Assembly (NCBI GenBank): GCA_033764015.1
Contig: JANRJK010000047.1
Location: 1-40,019, forward strand
Length of the DNA: 40,019 bases
Reading direction: 5' to 3'
Source: Candidatus Sumerlaeia bacterium
GTDB lineage: Bacteria > Sumerlaeota > Sumerlaeia > SLMS01 > JANRJK01
In this document: one piece after another, positions 18,312 through 26,364 of the stretch
Layout: the number at the start of each line of letters is the position of its first letter
Position numbering within the stretch: the first letter of the stretch is position 1
The notes under the pieces: model-generated
The model's database searches: none
Told to the model about the DNA's origin: nothing
Seen by the model: only the letters and a program-made list of their open reading frames with translations
Position numbers and translations under genes: made by a program

Positions 18312-18365
18312 GGTGCGCCTCGCATCCGGGATTCGGGCGCGCCGCGCCCAGGGATCAGCCTCGCA

Positions 18366-19376
18366 TCAAAGGTATGGCGCGCGCAACCGCGAGAGCAGCT
18401 TCATCGCGAGATCCGTTTCCTCGGGCAGCGGCGCCCGCGAGCCGTCCCGCGACCGCGCCGCCATCGGCACCCCGAGCCGCTGCATCACCGCGCAGCCGAT
18501 ATCCCACGGCGTCCACTGCGCCAGGAACTCCGCCGCCGCCAGCAGGTCGCGCTGCGCGCGCCACATCGCGGGTAGGTCGCCCTCCAGCGCGCCGCGCCAC
18601 GCCGCCGACACCAGCTCCGGCATCACCGCCGCCAGCGGCCCCGCCGAGTTCGCAGCGCCCCCCGCGAACGCCGACCCGCACATCGCGTCCGACGCCGTCC
18701 CCACCGCGAAACCCGACCGGCACACGCGCGCGACGTCCGAGAGCAGCGCCGCGTCCGCCGTGTTGTAGATCACCCCGGCGATCCGCTCGCGGTGCGACAG
18801 CCGCTGCAGCGTGCCCAGCGTCAGCGCCGCCCCCGGCGCCGTCTCCGACTGGTTGTACAGCACCACCGGCAGCGCCACCGCCGCCGCGTGGTCCTCGAAG
18901 AACCGCAGGATCACATCCTGCGGCGCGTACTCCGCATCGATCAGCAGCGGCGTCGGCACCGGCTGCAGCACCGCCGTCGCGCCGTTCACCGCGGCGAACT
19001 CCGCCAGCTCCGCCGCCTGCCGCCGGTACACCGCCGGGCGCGGCGGCTCGCTGCGGTTGCCGTCCCACACCCCCGCGCAATTCGCCAGCACCGCCTTGCG
19101 CCCCCGCGCCACGTCGAGCACCACGCGGAACGCATCGCGGCATTCCTCCATCGTGTACGACCACATGCGCCCCACGCCCGACCGCGCGATCACCGCCGAC
19201 ACCGCGCCCGACGAGCACAGGAAGTCCGCCTGCGCCTCTAACCCGTCGAAGTCGATCCGCCCGTCCGGGCGCTCCGGCGTGAACAACGGCGCCACCGCAC
19301 CCACGAGATACGCGGGATAAGCCTGGCCCGTCACCGGGTGGATCACGTTTTCCGTCGCCTGCAACATCGCACTCAC
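18366..19376 (-). CDS. Dihydrodipicolinate synthase (DapA/NAL)-family protein, atypical
   Basis: APLFTP..DGRIDFDGL, SGVGRMWSY at the GxxGE position, ALPVVLYNQ, RIAGVIYNT at the IxGxK position. Confidence 0.8.
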   Translation of the reverse strand: MSAMLQATENVIHPVTGQAYPAYLVGAVAPLFTPERPDGRIDFDGLEAQADFLCSSGAVSAVIARSGVGRMWSYTMEECRDAFRVVLDVARGRKAVLANCAGVWDGNRSEPPRPAVYRRQAAELAEFAAVNGATAVLQPVPTPLLIDAEYAPQDVILRFFEDHAAAVALPVVLYNQSETAPGAALTLGTLQRLSHRERIAGVIYNTADAALLSDVARVCRSGFAVGTASDAMCGSAFAGGAANSAGPLAAVMPELVSAAWRGALEGDLPAMWRAQRDLLAAAEFLAQWTPWDIGCAVMQRLGVPMAARSRDGSRAPLPEETDLAMKLLSRLRAPYL

Positions 19377-19491
19377 CGTCCTGCGGAAGAATCAAGCACA
19401 CCACAATGGCCGGGACCCGAGGACTCCCGCAAGGGGAAGGCGCGCACAGCGAGGCCGCGCGCGTGTTGATGCCGGCAGGAGGCGCTTCTCC

Positions 19492-20019
19492 TTGAACCCC
19501 GTAGTGGCGAATGAGTACAGTCCCTACGGTGTGTCGACGATCCACTCGCGCGAAGCGAAAAGATCGACGCAGCTCCGGGTCTGGGATGAGGCGAAGGTGT
19601 CGAAAAGAGCTGGCAACACAACGCTTTACTCGAACGCCCGCGAAGGCGTGGCGGCGGATGCGCGGCGCGCCCCGGCGGTCCGCACCACGCAGACGGTGCG
19701 TTTCGCCTTTGGCTGCGCGATCTTCGTGGCGCTGGTAGTGGCTTGGAATGCGATCCAGGGATTCTTGCCAGCTTCACTCGAGTCCAGGATTGCGCGCGTT
19801 CGCAGTGACTTGGGAGGGATTCGTCGAGTCGGTTTGGAAGGGGCAAGTGGACTGCCCGACCCTTTCTCTAAGCAAGCGACCGATTATCGGGTAGATCCAG
19901 CACGAGGTCTCGTTTGGTCCCTGGGGCCGGACCTGCTCGATCAACACGGGTTGCTGGAGTACGACCCCACCAATGGCATTACATCCACCGGGGATATTAC
20001 ATTGGTGTTGAGTCGCTGA
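19492..20019 (+). CDS. Chimeric ORF: RHS fragment (EYSPYG + linker) fused to a small membrane-anchored pilin-like YDPTNG domain; may be a pseudogene
   Basis: AGGAGG at 19477-19482 precedes TTG 19492. Reads VVANEYSPYG, then a linker homologous to window 1-120, then FAFGCAIFVALVVAW...SRIARVRSDL...DPF...WSLGPD...YDPTNGITSTGDI. Confidence 0.68.
   Translation: MNPVVANEYSPYGVSTIHSREAKRSTQLRVWDEAKVSKRAGNTTLYSNAREGVAADARRAPAVRTTQTVRFAFGCAIFVALVVAWNAIQGFLPASLESRIARVRSDLGGIRRVGLEGASGLPDPFSKQATDYRVDPARGLVWSLGPDLLDQHGLLEYDPTNGITSTGDITLVLSR
19581..19700 (+). repeat. Copy 2 of the diverged direct repeat (RHS pre-core linker)
   Basis: 101/120 identity to positions 1-120 with the same translation frame; similarity stops abruptly after 19700. 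Confidence 0.92.
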
Positions 20020-20375
20020 GTGGATCCCGCGTTCCAGCCCATCTATGTGCAGAACTATTCCGCCGAATCTAGATTGCAATCCTTCGCCATGAACCAATCG
20101 ATGAGCGTCGAACCCGCCCGCGGGCCTTCCGGTCGGCTCGTAGGCGGCGGCGCAGCGCGCCCCTGCGGTCCGATTCCATGAGCGGGTTCCGGCGTCGAGC
20201 CGCCCGATGTCGCCGGGATGCGCGCGACGCGGCACGGCGCCCTGTCGGGCCGACCCTTGCCGCGCGGACGGGCGGCGCCGTGTCGCTTCGCCTTGCCCCG
20301 GTCCTCGGGGGTTGCCGGAAGTGGGCCACGGTCCGGTGGACGAAACGCCCCGGCCTCACCGCTGGAGGTGTCTCT

Positions 20376-20789
20376 TTGGAGCCCCTGTTTCAATCGCAGA
20401 ACGCCGCCGCGACGCTTCAGGAGGCCTACCTGCCCGTCCTGTTGATGCTCGTGGTCGCGGTCGGTTTCGGCCTGTTCAACCTCGTCGCCTCGTGGTTCCT
20501 GGGCAAGCGCAAGCCCAATAAAGCCAAGCTCGAACCCTACGAGTGCGGCATCCCCTCGGTGGGCACCGCGCGCGTGCAGGTCTTCGTGCGCTTCTACCTG
20601 GTGGCGCTGCTCTTCCTGCTTTTCGACATGGAAATTGTTTACGTGGTTGCATGGGCCCTCGCGGTGCGGCAGCATGCCGACCTGCCGGGGTTTTTCCCCT
20701 ACGCAACCGTGGTGATGGTCGTCTACATGGCGATTCTGGTCGTCGGCCTTCTCTACGAGTGGAAAAAAGGAGCGCTGGAATGGACTTGA
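20376..20789 (+). CDS. nuoA: NADH-quinone oxidoreductase subunit A
   Basis: [44 protein letters not shown] precedes TTG 20376. Confidence 0.95.
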   Translation: MEPLFQSQNAAATLQEAYLPVLLMLVVAVGFGLFNLVASWFLGKRKPNKAKLEPYECGIPSVGTARVQVFVRFYLVALLFLLFDMEIVYVVAWALAVRQHADLPGFFPYATVVMVVYMAILVVGLLYEWKKGALEWT

Positions 20790-21301
20790 TCCTCGACAAG
20801 CCGATCGCCGGAGCGAAGCCCGGCGTCACCGACTTCGTCTCGCTGCAGTCGCCGGACCTGGCGCTGACGAAGACGCTTTCCGACGCGGTGAACTACGCGC
20901 GCCGGAACTCGATCTGGCCGGTGATGATGGGCCTTAGCTGCTGCGCCATCGAGATGATGGCCACCGCCGCCTCGCGCTTCGACCTGTCGCGCTTCGGCTC
21001 GGAGGTCTTCCGCCCCTCGCCCCGCCAGGCCGACCTCATGATCGTCGCGGGCACCGTGACCAAGAAGATGGCCCCCGTGGTGCGCCGCATCTACGACCAG
21101 ATGACGGAGCCGAAGTGGGTGATCGCGATGGGCGCGTGCTCGTCCTGCGGCGGGATGTACAATGTCTACTCGGTGCTGCAGGGCGTGGACGAGATCGTGC
21201 CGGTGGACGTCTACGTGCCCGGCTGCCCGCCGCGCCCCGAGGCGCTGATCTACGGCATCATGCAGCTCCAGAAGAAGATCGGCATGGAGCCGGTGTTCTA
21301 G
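20780..21301 (+). CDS. nuoB: NADH-quinone oxidoreductase subunit B
   Basis: [50 protein letters not shown]. Confidence 0.96.
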   Translation: MDLILDKPIAGAKPGVTDFVSLQSPDLALTKTLSDAVNYARRNSIWPVMMGLSCCAIEMMATAASRFDLSRFGSEVFRPSPRQADLMIVAGTVTKKMAPVVRRIYDQMTEPKWVIAMGACSSCGGMYNVYSVLQGVDEIVPVDVYVPGCPPRPEALIYGIMQLQKKIGMEPVF

Positions 21302-21332
21302 CCCGCGCCCCGCGCGCGGAGCAGTCGAGGCG

Positions 21333-21360
21333 CGGGCGCCGGAGCGATCCGGCGCCCGTT
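21333..21360 (+). terminator. Hairpin after nuoB (possible terminator or processing stem)
   Basis: 11-bp perfect stem CGGGCGCCGGA/TCCGGCGCCCG with a GCGA loop; only a short TT tail. Confidence 0.45.
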
Positions 21361-21468
21361 CCGTCGGCACCGCCGCGCCGCGCCGAAAACCTTTGCGCGG
21401 CGGCGGGGCGGGGGATGACAAAAACGGGCCTTGGACAGCGGGCGAATCCCCTCGATGGAGCACTTGCG

Positions 21469-22038
21469 ATGAACGCGAACGGCGAAGCGCTGGCACCAGC
21501 GCGGGAACTCATGTCGGGCGAGCAGCTCGCGCAGGCGCTCGAAGCGCTCGCGGACCGCATCGTGGCCGACTTCCCCGGAGGCCAGGGCATGATGGTGCTC
21601 GGCATCCGGACGCGCGGGGCGATCATCGCCAAGCGCCTCCAGCAGGCCCTCAAGGCCCGCTACGACATCTCCATCGGCTACGGCACGCTCGACATCACGC
21701 TCTACCGCGACGACCTCTCGCCGCTGCGTCCGCAGCCCGAGGTCGGCGAGAGCGAACTACCCTTCGACGTCTCCGGCGCGACCGTCATCCTCGTCGACGA
21801 TGTGCTCTACACGGGCCGCACGATCCGCGCAGCCCTCGACGAGATCGTCGACTTCGGCCGCCCCGCCTACGTGCGCCTCGCCGTGGTCGTGGACCGGGGC
21901 CTCCGCGAGTACCCGATCCAGCCCGACTACGCCTCCATGAAGATCGAAACGAACCACGACCAGAAGGTGCGGGTGCTCCTTTCCGAAATGGACGAGCAGG
22001 ACCGCGTGGTGATGCTGGAGACGGCCGACCCGGCCTGA
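21469..22038 (+). CDS. pyrR: Bifunctional pyr regulator/uracil phosphoribosyltransferase PyrR
   Basis: LGIRTRG, GTLDITLYRDDL, VILVDDVLYTGRTIRAALD, LAVVVDRGLREYPIQPDY. Confidence 0.95.
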   Translation: MNANGEALAPARELMSGEQLAQALEALADRIVADFPGGQGMMVLGIRTRGAIIAKRLQQALKARYDISIGYGTLDITLYRDDLSPLRPQPEVGESELPFDVSGATVILVDDVLYTGRTIRAALDEIVDFGRPAYVRLAVVVDRGLREYPIQPDYASMKIETNHDQKVRVLLSEMDEQDRVVMLETADPA

Positions 22039-22042
22039 CGCC

Positions 22043-23212
22043 GTGGCCGCATCCCGGCCCGCCGCGCCGCCGCGGCACCTTGCCATCGATGCCCGCTGCG
22101 TCCTGCCCGGGGCGACCGGGGTGGGCCGCTACGTCGCGGGGCTCCTCGCGGGGCTCGACGCGCTCGGGGACTCCGCGCCGCGCGCCACGGCGCTCGTGCT
22201 CCCGGCGGCCCTCCTGCCGGGGAGCCCGCTCGGCCTTCTCCGCCGCGTCGCCATCGAGGTGGTCGAAGCCGACTTCCGGGACCACCCCGGCGGCGACTGG
22301 TGGCTCCGGGCGCATCTGCCGCGCATCGTCTCGCGCCTCGGCGCCGACACCTTGGTGAGCCCGTTCTTCCTCTCCCCGCCGGGCCGCTTTCCCTTCCGGC
22401 GCGTTGCGGGGCTGCTCGACGCGCTGGTGTGGGAGGCGCCCGGGAGCTACCCGTTCGGCTACCGGCACTACCTGCGCTGGTCGATGCGGCGGTCGGCCGA
22501 CGGCGCCGACGCGCTTTTCGCCTTGTCGCGGGCCGCGAGGGCGGCGGTCCGGCGACACCTGCCCGCGGCGCGGGAGATCCCCTTCGGCGTCGTCCCCGGC
22601 GGCATCGACACCGCGGTGTTCCACGCGCGCCGAAAAGAGGCGGAGACCGCCGAGGTTCGCCGCCGCTGGCGCATTCCCCCCGAGGCGCGACTGATCGCGA
22701 TGGTCGGCAGCCCCGAGCCGCGCAAGAACCACGCGCTCGCCGTCCGGGCGCTCCGGCCCCACGCGCGCAACGCGGTCCTGTGCCTCGCGGGTCCGTGGCC
22801 GGCGGGGGAGCGCCGCCGCCTCGCGGACCTCGCGGGGCCGCTCCCGCTCCGATTCCGCGCTCCGGAAGGGGCCGAGGGGATCGCCGAGCTGCTGCGCGCC
22901 GCAGACCTTGTGCTGTTTCCCAGCACGGCGGAGGGTTTTGGCCTTCCCGTGCTGGAGGCGATGGCTTGCGGAGCGCCCCTGCTCGCGTCCGACATCCCCG
23001 CCGTGCGCGAGGCGGCCGGCCCGCAAGCGCGGCTCCTGCCCCCCGGCGACGAGACCGCGTGGGCCCTCGCCGTGGGCGGCGCGCTCACGGAGCCAAGCAA
23101 ATGGGCCGGGCGGGCCCACGCGGCGGAGCGTGCCGCGCGTTGGACTTGGCGCCGCGCCGCCGAGGCGTTGCTCCGGGTTGCTGCGCCAGCCCGGGGTCGG
23201 GAAGACGGGTAG
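22043..23212 (+). CDS. Glycosyltransferase family 4
   Basis: AIDAR...TGVGRY, VGSPEPRKN, FPSTAEGFGLPVLEAMACGAP, SDIPAVRE. Confidence 0.9.
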   Translation: MAASRPAAPPRHLAIDARCVLPGATGVGRYVAGLLAGLDALGDSAPRATALVLPAALLPGSPLGLLRRVAIEVVEADFRDHPGGDWWLRAHLPRIVSRLGADTLVSPFFLSPPGRFPFRRVAGLLDALVWEAPGSYPFGYRHYLRWSMRRSADGADALFALSRAARAAVRRHLPAAREIPFGVVPGGIDTAVFHARRKEAETAEVRRRWRIPPEARLIAMVGSPEPRKNHALAVRALRPHARNAVLCLAGPWPAGERRRLADLAGPLPLRFRAPEGAEGIAELLRAADLVLFPSTAEGFGLPVLEAMACGAPLLASDIPAVREAAGPQARLLPPGDETAWALAVGGALTEPSKWAGRAHAAERAARWTWRRAAEALLRVAAPARGREDG

Positions 23213-23390
23213 ATGCCTCCCAAGCACCGCACACTTCTTGTGCATTGCCTTGAAGCGCGGGTTGGTGGGGGAATGGCTGGAATGGTGTTGCCGCTGAGGG
23301 GACTGGACTTGGAAGCACTCGGTCCGGTCCCGGTGTTGGTTCGATCCTTGCCCTTGGACCGGAAGCTAAAGCTCGCAGGAAGGCGTCCGC

Positions 23391-24173
23391 ATGATTGCCG
23401 CGCTCCATCGTAAACGTCTCCTCCTCCGCCGGTCGCTGCGGAATGGCATCTCGCTAGTGTCGGTCGTGATCTCGATCGGCCTTATGTCGATCGTCTCGGT
23501 GGCGTTCGCCGCCGGGGCGGTGTTCAGCCTCCGCGCCACGCAGGACTACGTGGACCGCCAGATGGTTCTCGACGCGGCGCGCTACTACGAGGCGCGCATC
23601 TTCGCCGCGGACAAGGCGCGCATTGGCGAGCCGAACCTGACGGCCTCGGAAGCCTTCGAGTGGGCGATCCGCCCCAGCAATACGACGAACCACTACTCCG
23701 ACCAGCAGTACAACGCGGAGTCGGTCCAGGTGCGGGTCTCCTTCGCCTATTCCGGTTGGGGCTTCGCCGCGAACTCGACGGGCCCGAACAATCTGGTGAA
23801 GGGCGTTGTCGGATCCAACCCCTCCGGCACCGTCAACAACCAGCGGGCGTGGAACACCACGATCGATGGGAAGACCGAGAACAACGAGTGGGCGGGAAGC
23901 CTCGTCCTCATCATCCGGGGCACCGGCGAGAACCAGATCGGCCGCATCATCTCGAACACGCCGACGCAGCTCAACATCACGACCGACATCCGCGACCCGG
24001 CGAATCCGGTGCCGGCGACCCCCGCCTACAACGGAGCCGCGCCCTGGGATGTCACCCCCAACAGCACCAGCTTCTACCGCATCAACAACGGCCGCACCGT
24101 CGACATGATGCTGCGCTGGAACAACGCGGCCCGCGCCGAGCAGACGCTCACGCGCCGCGTCCTTGTGAACTGA
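23391..24173 (+). CDS. Minor pilin/pseudopilin-like protein (atypical leader, no E5)
   Basis: Basic leader RRSLRNG|ISLVSVVISIGLMSIVSVAF, then an Asn/Thr-rich beta domain; directly upstream of a clear prepilin gene. Confidence 0.68.
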   Translation: MIAALHRKRLLLRRSLRNGISLVSVVISIGLMSIVSVAFAAGAVFSLRATQDYVDRQMVLDAARYYEARIFAADKARIGEPNLTASEAFEWAIRPSNTTNHYSDQQYNAESVQVRVSFAYSGWGFAANSTGPNNLVKGVVGSNPSGTVNNQRAWNTTIDGKTENNEWAGSLVLIIRGTGENQIGRIISNTPTQLNITTDIRDPANPVPATPAYNGAAPWDVTPNSTSFYRINNGRTVDMMLRWNNAARAEQTLTRRVLVN

Positions 24174-24194
24174 CGCCCCGAAGGAATCCGGACC

Positions 24195-24776
24195 ATGACG
24201 CACCTCCCGCACCGCCGCCGCCGAGGCATGACGCTCCTCGAGATCCTCATCAGCTCGACGATCATGCTCCTCGTCAGCACCATCGTCATGACGTCGATGG
24301 TCTACTACCTCCGCATCATGGCGGTCCTCACCGTGCGCCAGAAGATGGCGAACGACGCGCGCCTGCTCGAGTCCGAACTCAGCTTCACCGCGGCGACCGC
24401 CGCCAGCTTCGCCCTCACCACCAGCGGCACGTCCCAGCGCCTCACCATGCTCTTCCCGAACGGCAGCGTGAACGGCGTCTCCCGCGGCTACGAGTACCGC
24501 GACGGCGACAACGACCCCGACACGATCGGCAACAACAGCATCGTCGAACTGGACGCGAACGGAAACGTGGCCCGCACCCTCGCCACGGACATCTCGCCGG
24601 TCACGAACGGCGTCGCGATCTTCGCGCAGGACCCCGCGCGCCCGAACGTGGACATCAACGTCCGTTTCGGCGACCGCGCCGACAACCCGAACGTCGCGGG
24701 CTACCAAAACCAGACCGGCCCGGGCTTCCAGACCTACGTGCTGCGCACCTCGATCGTGCCGGGCAACGCGCCATAA
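24195..24776 (+). CDS. Prepilin-type protein (PilW/GspJ-like minor pilin)
   Basis: HRRRRG|MTLLEILISSTIMLLVS class III signal with E5. Confidence 0.85.
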   Translation: MTHLPHRRRRGMTLLEILISSTIMLLVSTIVMTSMVYYLRIMAVLTVRQKMANDARLLESELSFTAATAASFALTTSGTSQRLTMLFPNGSVNGVSRGYEYRDGDNDPDTIGNNSIVELDANGNVARTLATDISPVTNGVAIFAQDPARPNVDINVRFGDRADNPNVAGYQNQTGPGFQTYVLRTSIVPGNAP

Positions 24777-24789
24777 GCAGGGGCCTCCG

Positions 24790-26364
24790 TCAGCCGTTCC
24801 ACTCGATCACATCCCACCGCTCCCGCGCGGTGAGATCGAACGGCTCCTCGTAGCCGACCCGCGCGGCCCAGTCGGCGCGCTCGAAGCGGGCGGCGTCCCG
24901 TCGGCCCTCGCGCGACAGCACCGCCGCGGACCTCGCGAAGTCGTCGTAGCGCAGCCGCGGCCCGCGCGAATGGTCGTCCACCCGCAGCAGCGCGAACACC
25001 GTCCAAGCCCCTGCCAGCAGCAGCCACGGTCCCCCGGGGGCCGCGTGGCGGCGCTCCCATGCCCCGGCGAAGGCGCCCGCGCCGAGCACGCACGCCAGCG
25101 CATGGAGCGGGGCGCGGTCCTCGCCGAACGGCGTGAACAGGAATCCGTGCAGCGCCAGTACTCCGACGGCCGCGCCGAGGCCCGCGGGTAGCCGCGAGCG
25201 GAGCAGCAACGCCAGCAGCGAGGTCCAAAGCAGGACCATCGACAGGTCGGAGGAGAGCGTGGTCGCGCGCAGCCACCCGGAGCGGCGCCGCACGTAGTCG
25301 TAGGAAAGGTCGGCGGGTTCGTCCCGCGCGCCGGCCACATGGTGCGCGAGGGCGTGCGCCACCCGGGGAGAGGAGCGGCGCAGTTCCGCCGAGCCCGCCG
25401 CGAGGGAGGCGTAGCGCGCGGCGGAGCCGCCGGCCGCTTCGAGCAGGAGGCGCTCCGAGGGCCAGCGGGGCCCCGCCACGGAGTCCGCGTTCCAGGCGCG
25501 CGCCAGGTCCAGCGCGGGGCTTCCGACCACGGGCAGCGCGGGCGCCCCCGCCCTCGCGTTGCGCACGGTGAGCGCGCCTCCCGCCGCCACCAGCGGCAGC
25601 GCCGCGCAAAGCAGCGCGCCGAGCGCCGGCCTTCTTGACTTAGTCAACAAAACGTCCAGCGCGAGCAGCGTGGGCGCCCACCAGAACATCGGGCGCAGCA
25701 GCACGCCGAACGCCGCCGCCGCGCCGAGCATCAGCCACTCCGCCGGCTCGTCCGGGCGCGAGCGCGCGCGCCGCCAGAGCCAGAGCGCCAGCAGCGCCGC
25801 CAGCGCCTCCCACGCCCACGGGCCCACGCGCAGCGACGCGGTGGCGAGCGGGCCGTTCGCCGCCAGCAGCACGCCCGCCAGCAGGCCCGCCCCGCGGCCG
25901 AAGAAGGAAGCGGCCAACAGCGCCGCCAGCACCGCCATCGCGCCGCCCGCCGCGACCGCCGCCCAGCGGTACGGCGTGGCGCTGCGGTCCCACACGAAGG
26001 AAGCCGACAGCAGGTACACCGCCGGGGCGCCGCGCGGCAGGCGCGACCGCCACAGCTCCGCCCAGAAGGGCCCCGGGGCCAGGCGCGCCATCGCCGGCGT
26101 CACCTCCGGTTGCGCGCCCTCCAGCGCCCAGTCTCCCGCCGCCGCGAGCCGCGCGGTGCGGAACCAGTGCGACGACACGCCGTGCGTGCGCTCCTCCTGC
26201 CGGAGCGCCGGATGCCAGCCAAGCTCGAACCACAGCCCCGCCCGCGAACCCGCGCCGAGCAGGAACAGCGCCGCGAGCGCGCCCGCCCACACACGCCGCT
26301 CCCCGAGGTCGAAGCGCTCCCGCAGGACGCGGATCCACTCCCGGAAAGCGTCAGAGGGCGACAT
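24790..26364 (-). CDS. Multi-TM membrane protein, probable GT-C (GT39/ArnT-like) glycosyltransferase
   Basis: Many TM helices with FGRGAGLLAGVLLA, LLRP and TVRN patterns; start overlaps the addA stop (ATG 26364). Confidence 0.55.
   Translation of the reverse strand: MSPSDAFREWIRVLRERFDLGERRVWAGALAALFLLGAGSRAGLWFELGWHPALRQEERTHGVSSHWFRTARLAAAGDWALEGAQPEVTPAMARLAPGPFWAELWRSRLPRGAPAVYLLSASFVWDRSATPYRWAAVAAGGAMAVLAALLAASFFGRGAGLLAGVLLAANGPLATASLRVGPWAWEALAALLALWLWRRARSRPDEPAEWLMLGAAAAFGVLLRPMFWWAPTLLALDVLLTKSRRPALGALLCAALPLVAAGGALTVRNARAGAPALPVVGSPALDLARAWNADSVAGPRWPSERLLLEAAGGSAARYASLAAGSAELRRSSPRVAHALAHHVAGARDEPADLSYDYVRRRSGWLRATTLSSDLSMVLLWTSLLALLLRSRLPAGLGAAVGVLALHGFLFTPFGEDRAPLHALACVLGAGAFAGAWERRHAAPGGPWLLLAGAWTVFALLRVDDHSRGPRLRYDDFARSAAVLSREGRRDAARFERADWAARVGYEEPFDLTARERWDVIEWNG

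Noticed and set aside
19581..19700. Repeat pair (with 1-120) as a diversity-generating retroelement TR/VR
   Set aside because: Of 19 mismatches only 7 have A in copy 2 and 2 in copy 1, so they are not adenine-specific; no reverse transcriptase is in the window.
20020..20181. 53-codon ORF directly after the RHS-pilin chimera
   Set aside because: No RBS or recognisable motif, and it crosses from low-GC into host-like sequence; cannot be supported.
20229..20286. Long imperfect hairpin upstream of nuoA as an ncRNA or riboswitch
   Set aside because: No recognisable family motif; such stems arise by chance in very GC-rich DNA.
23278..23292. Sigma-54 promoter (TGGAATGGTGTTGC) upstream of the minor pilins
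   Set aside because: GG-to-GC spacing is 9 nt rather than the required 10.
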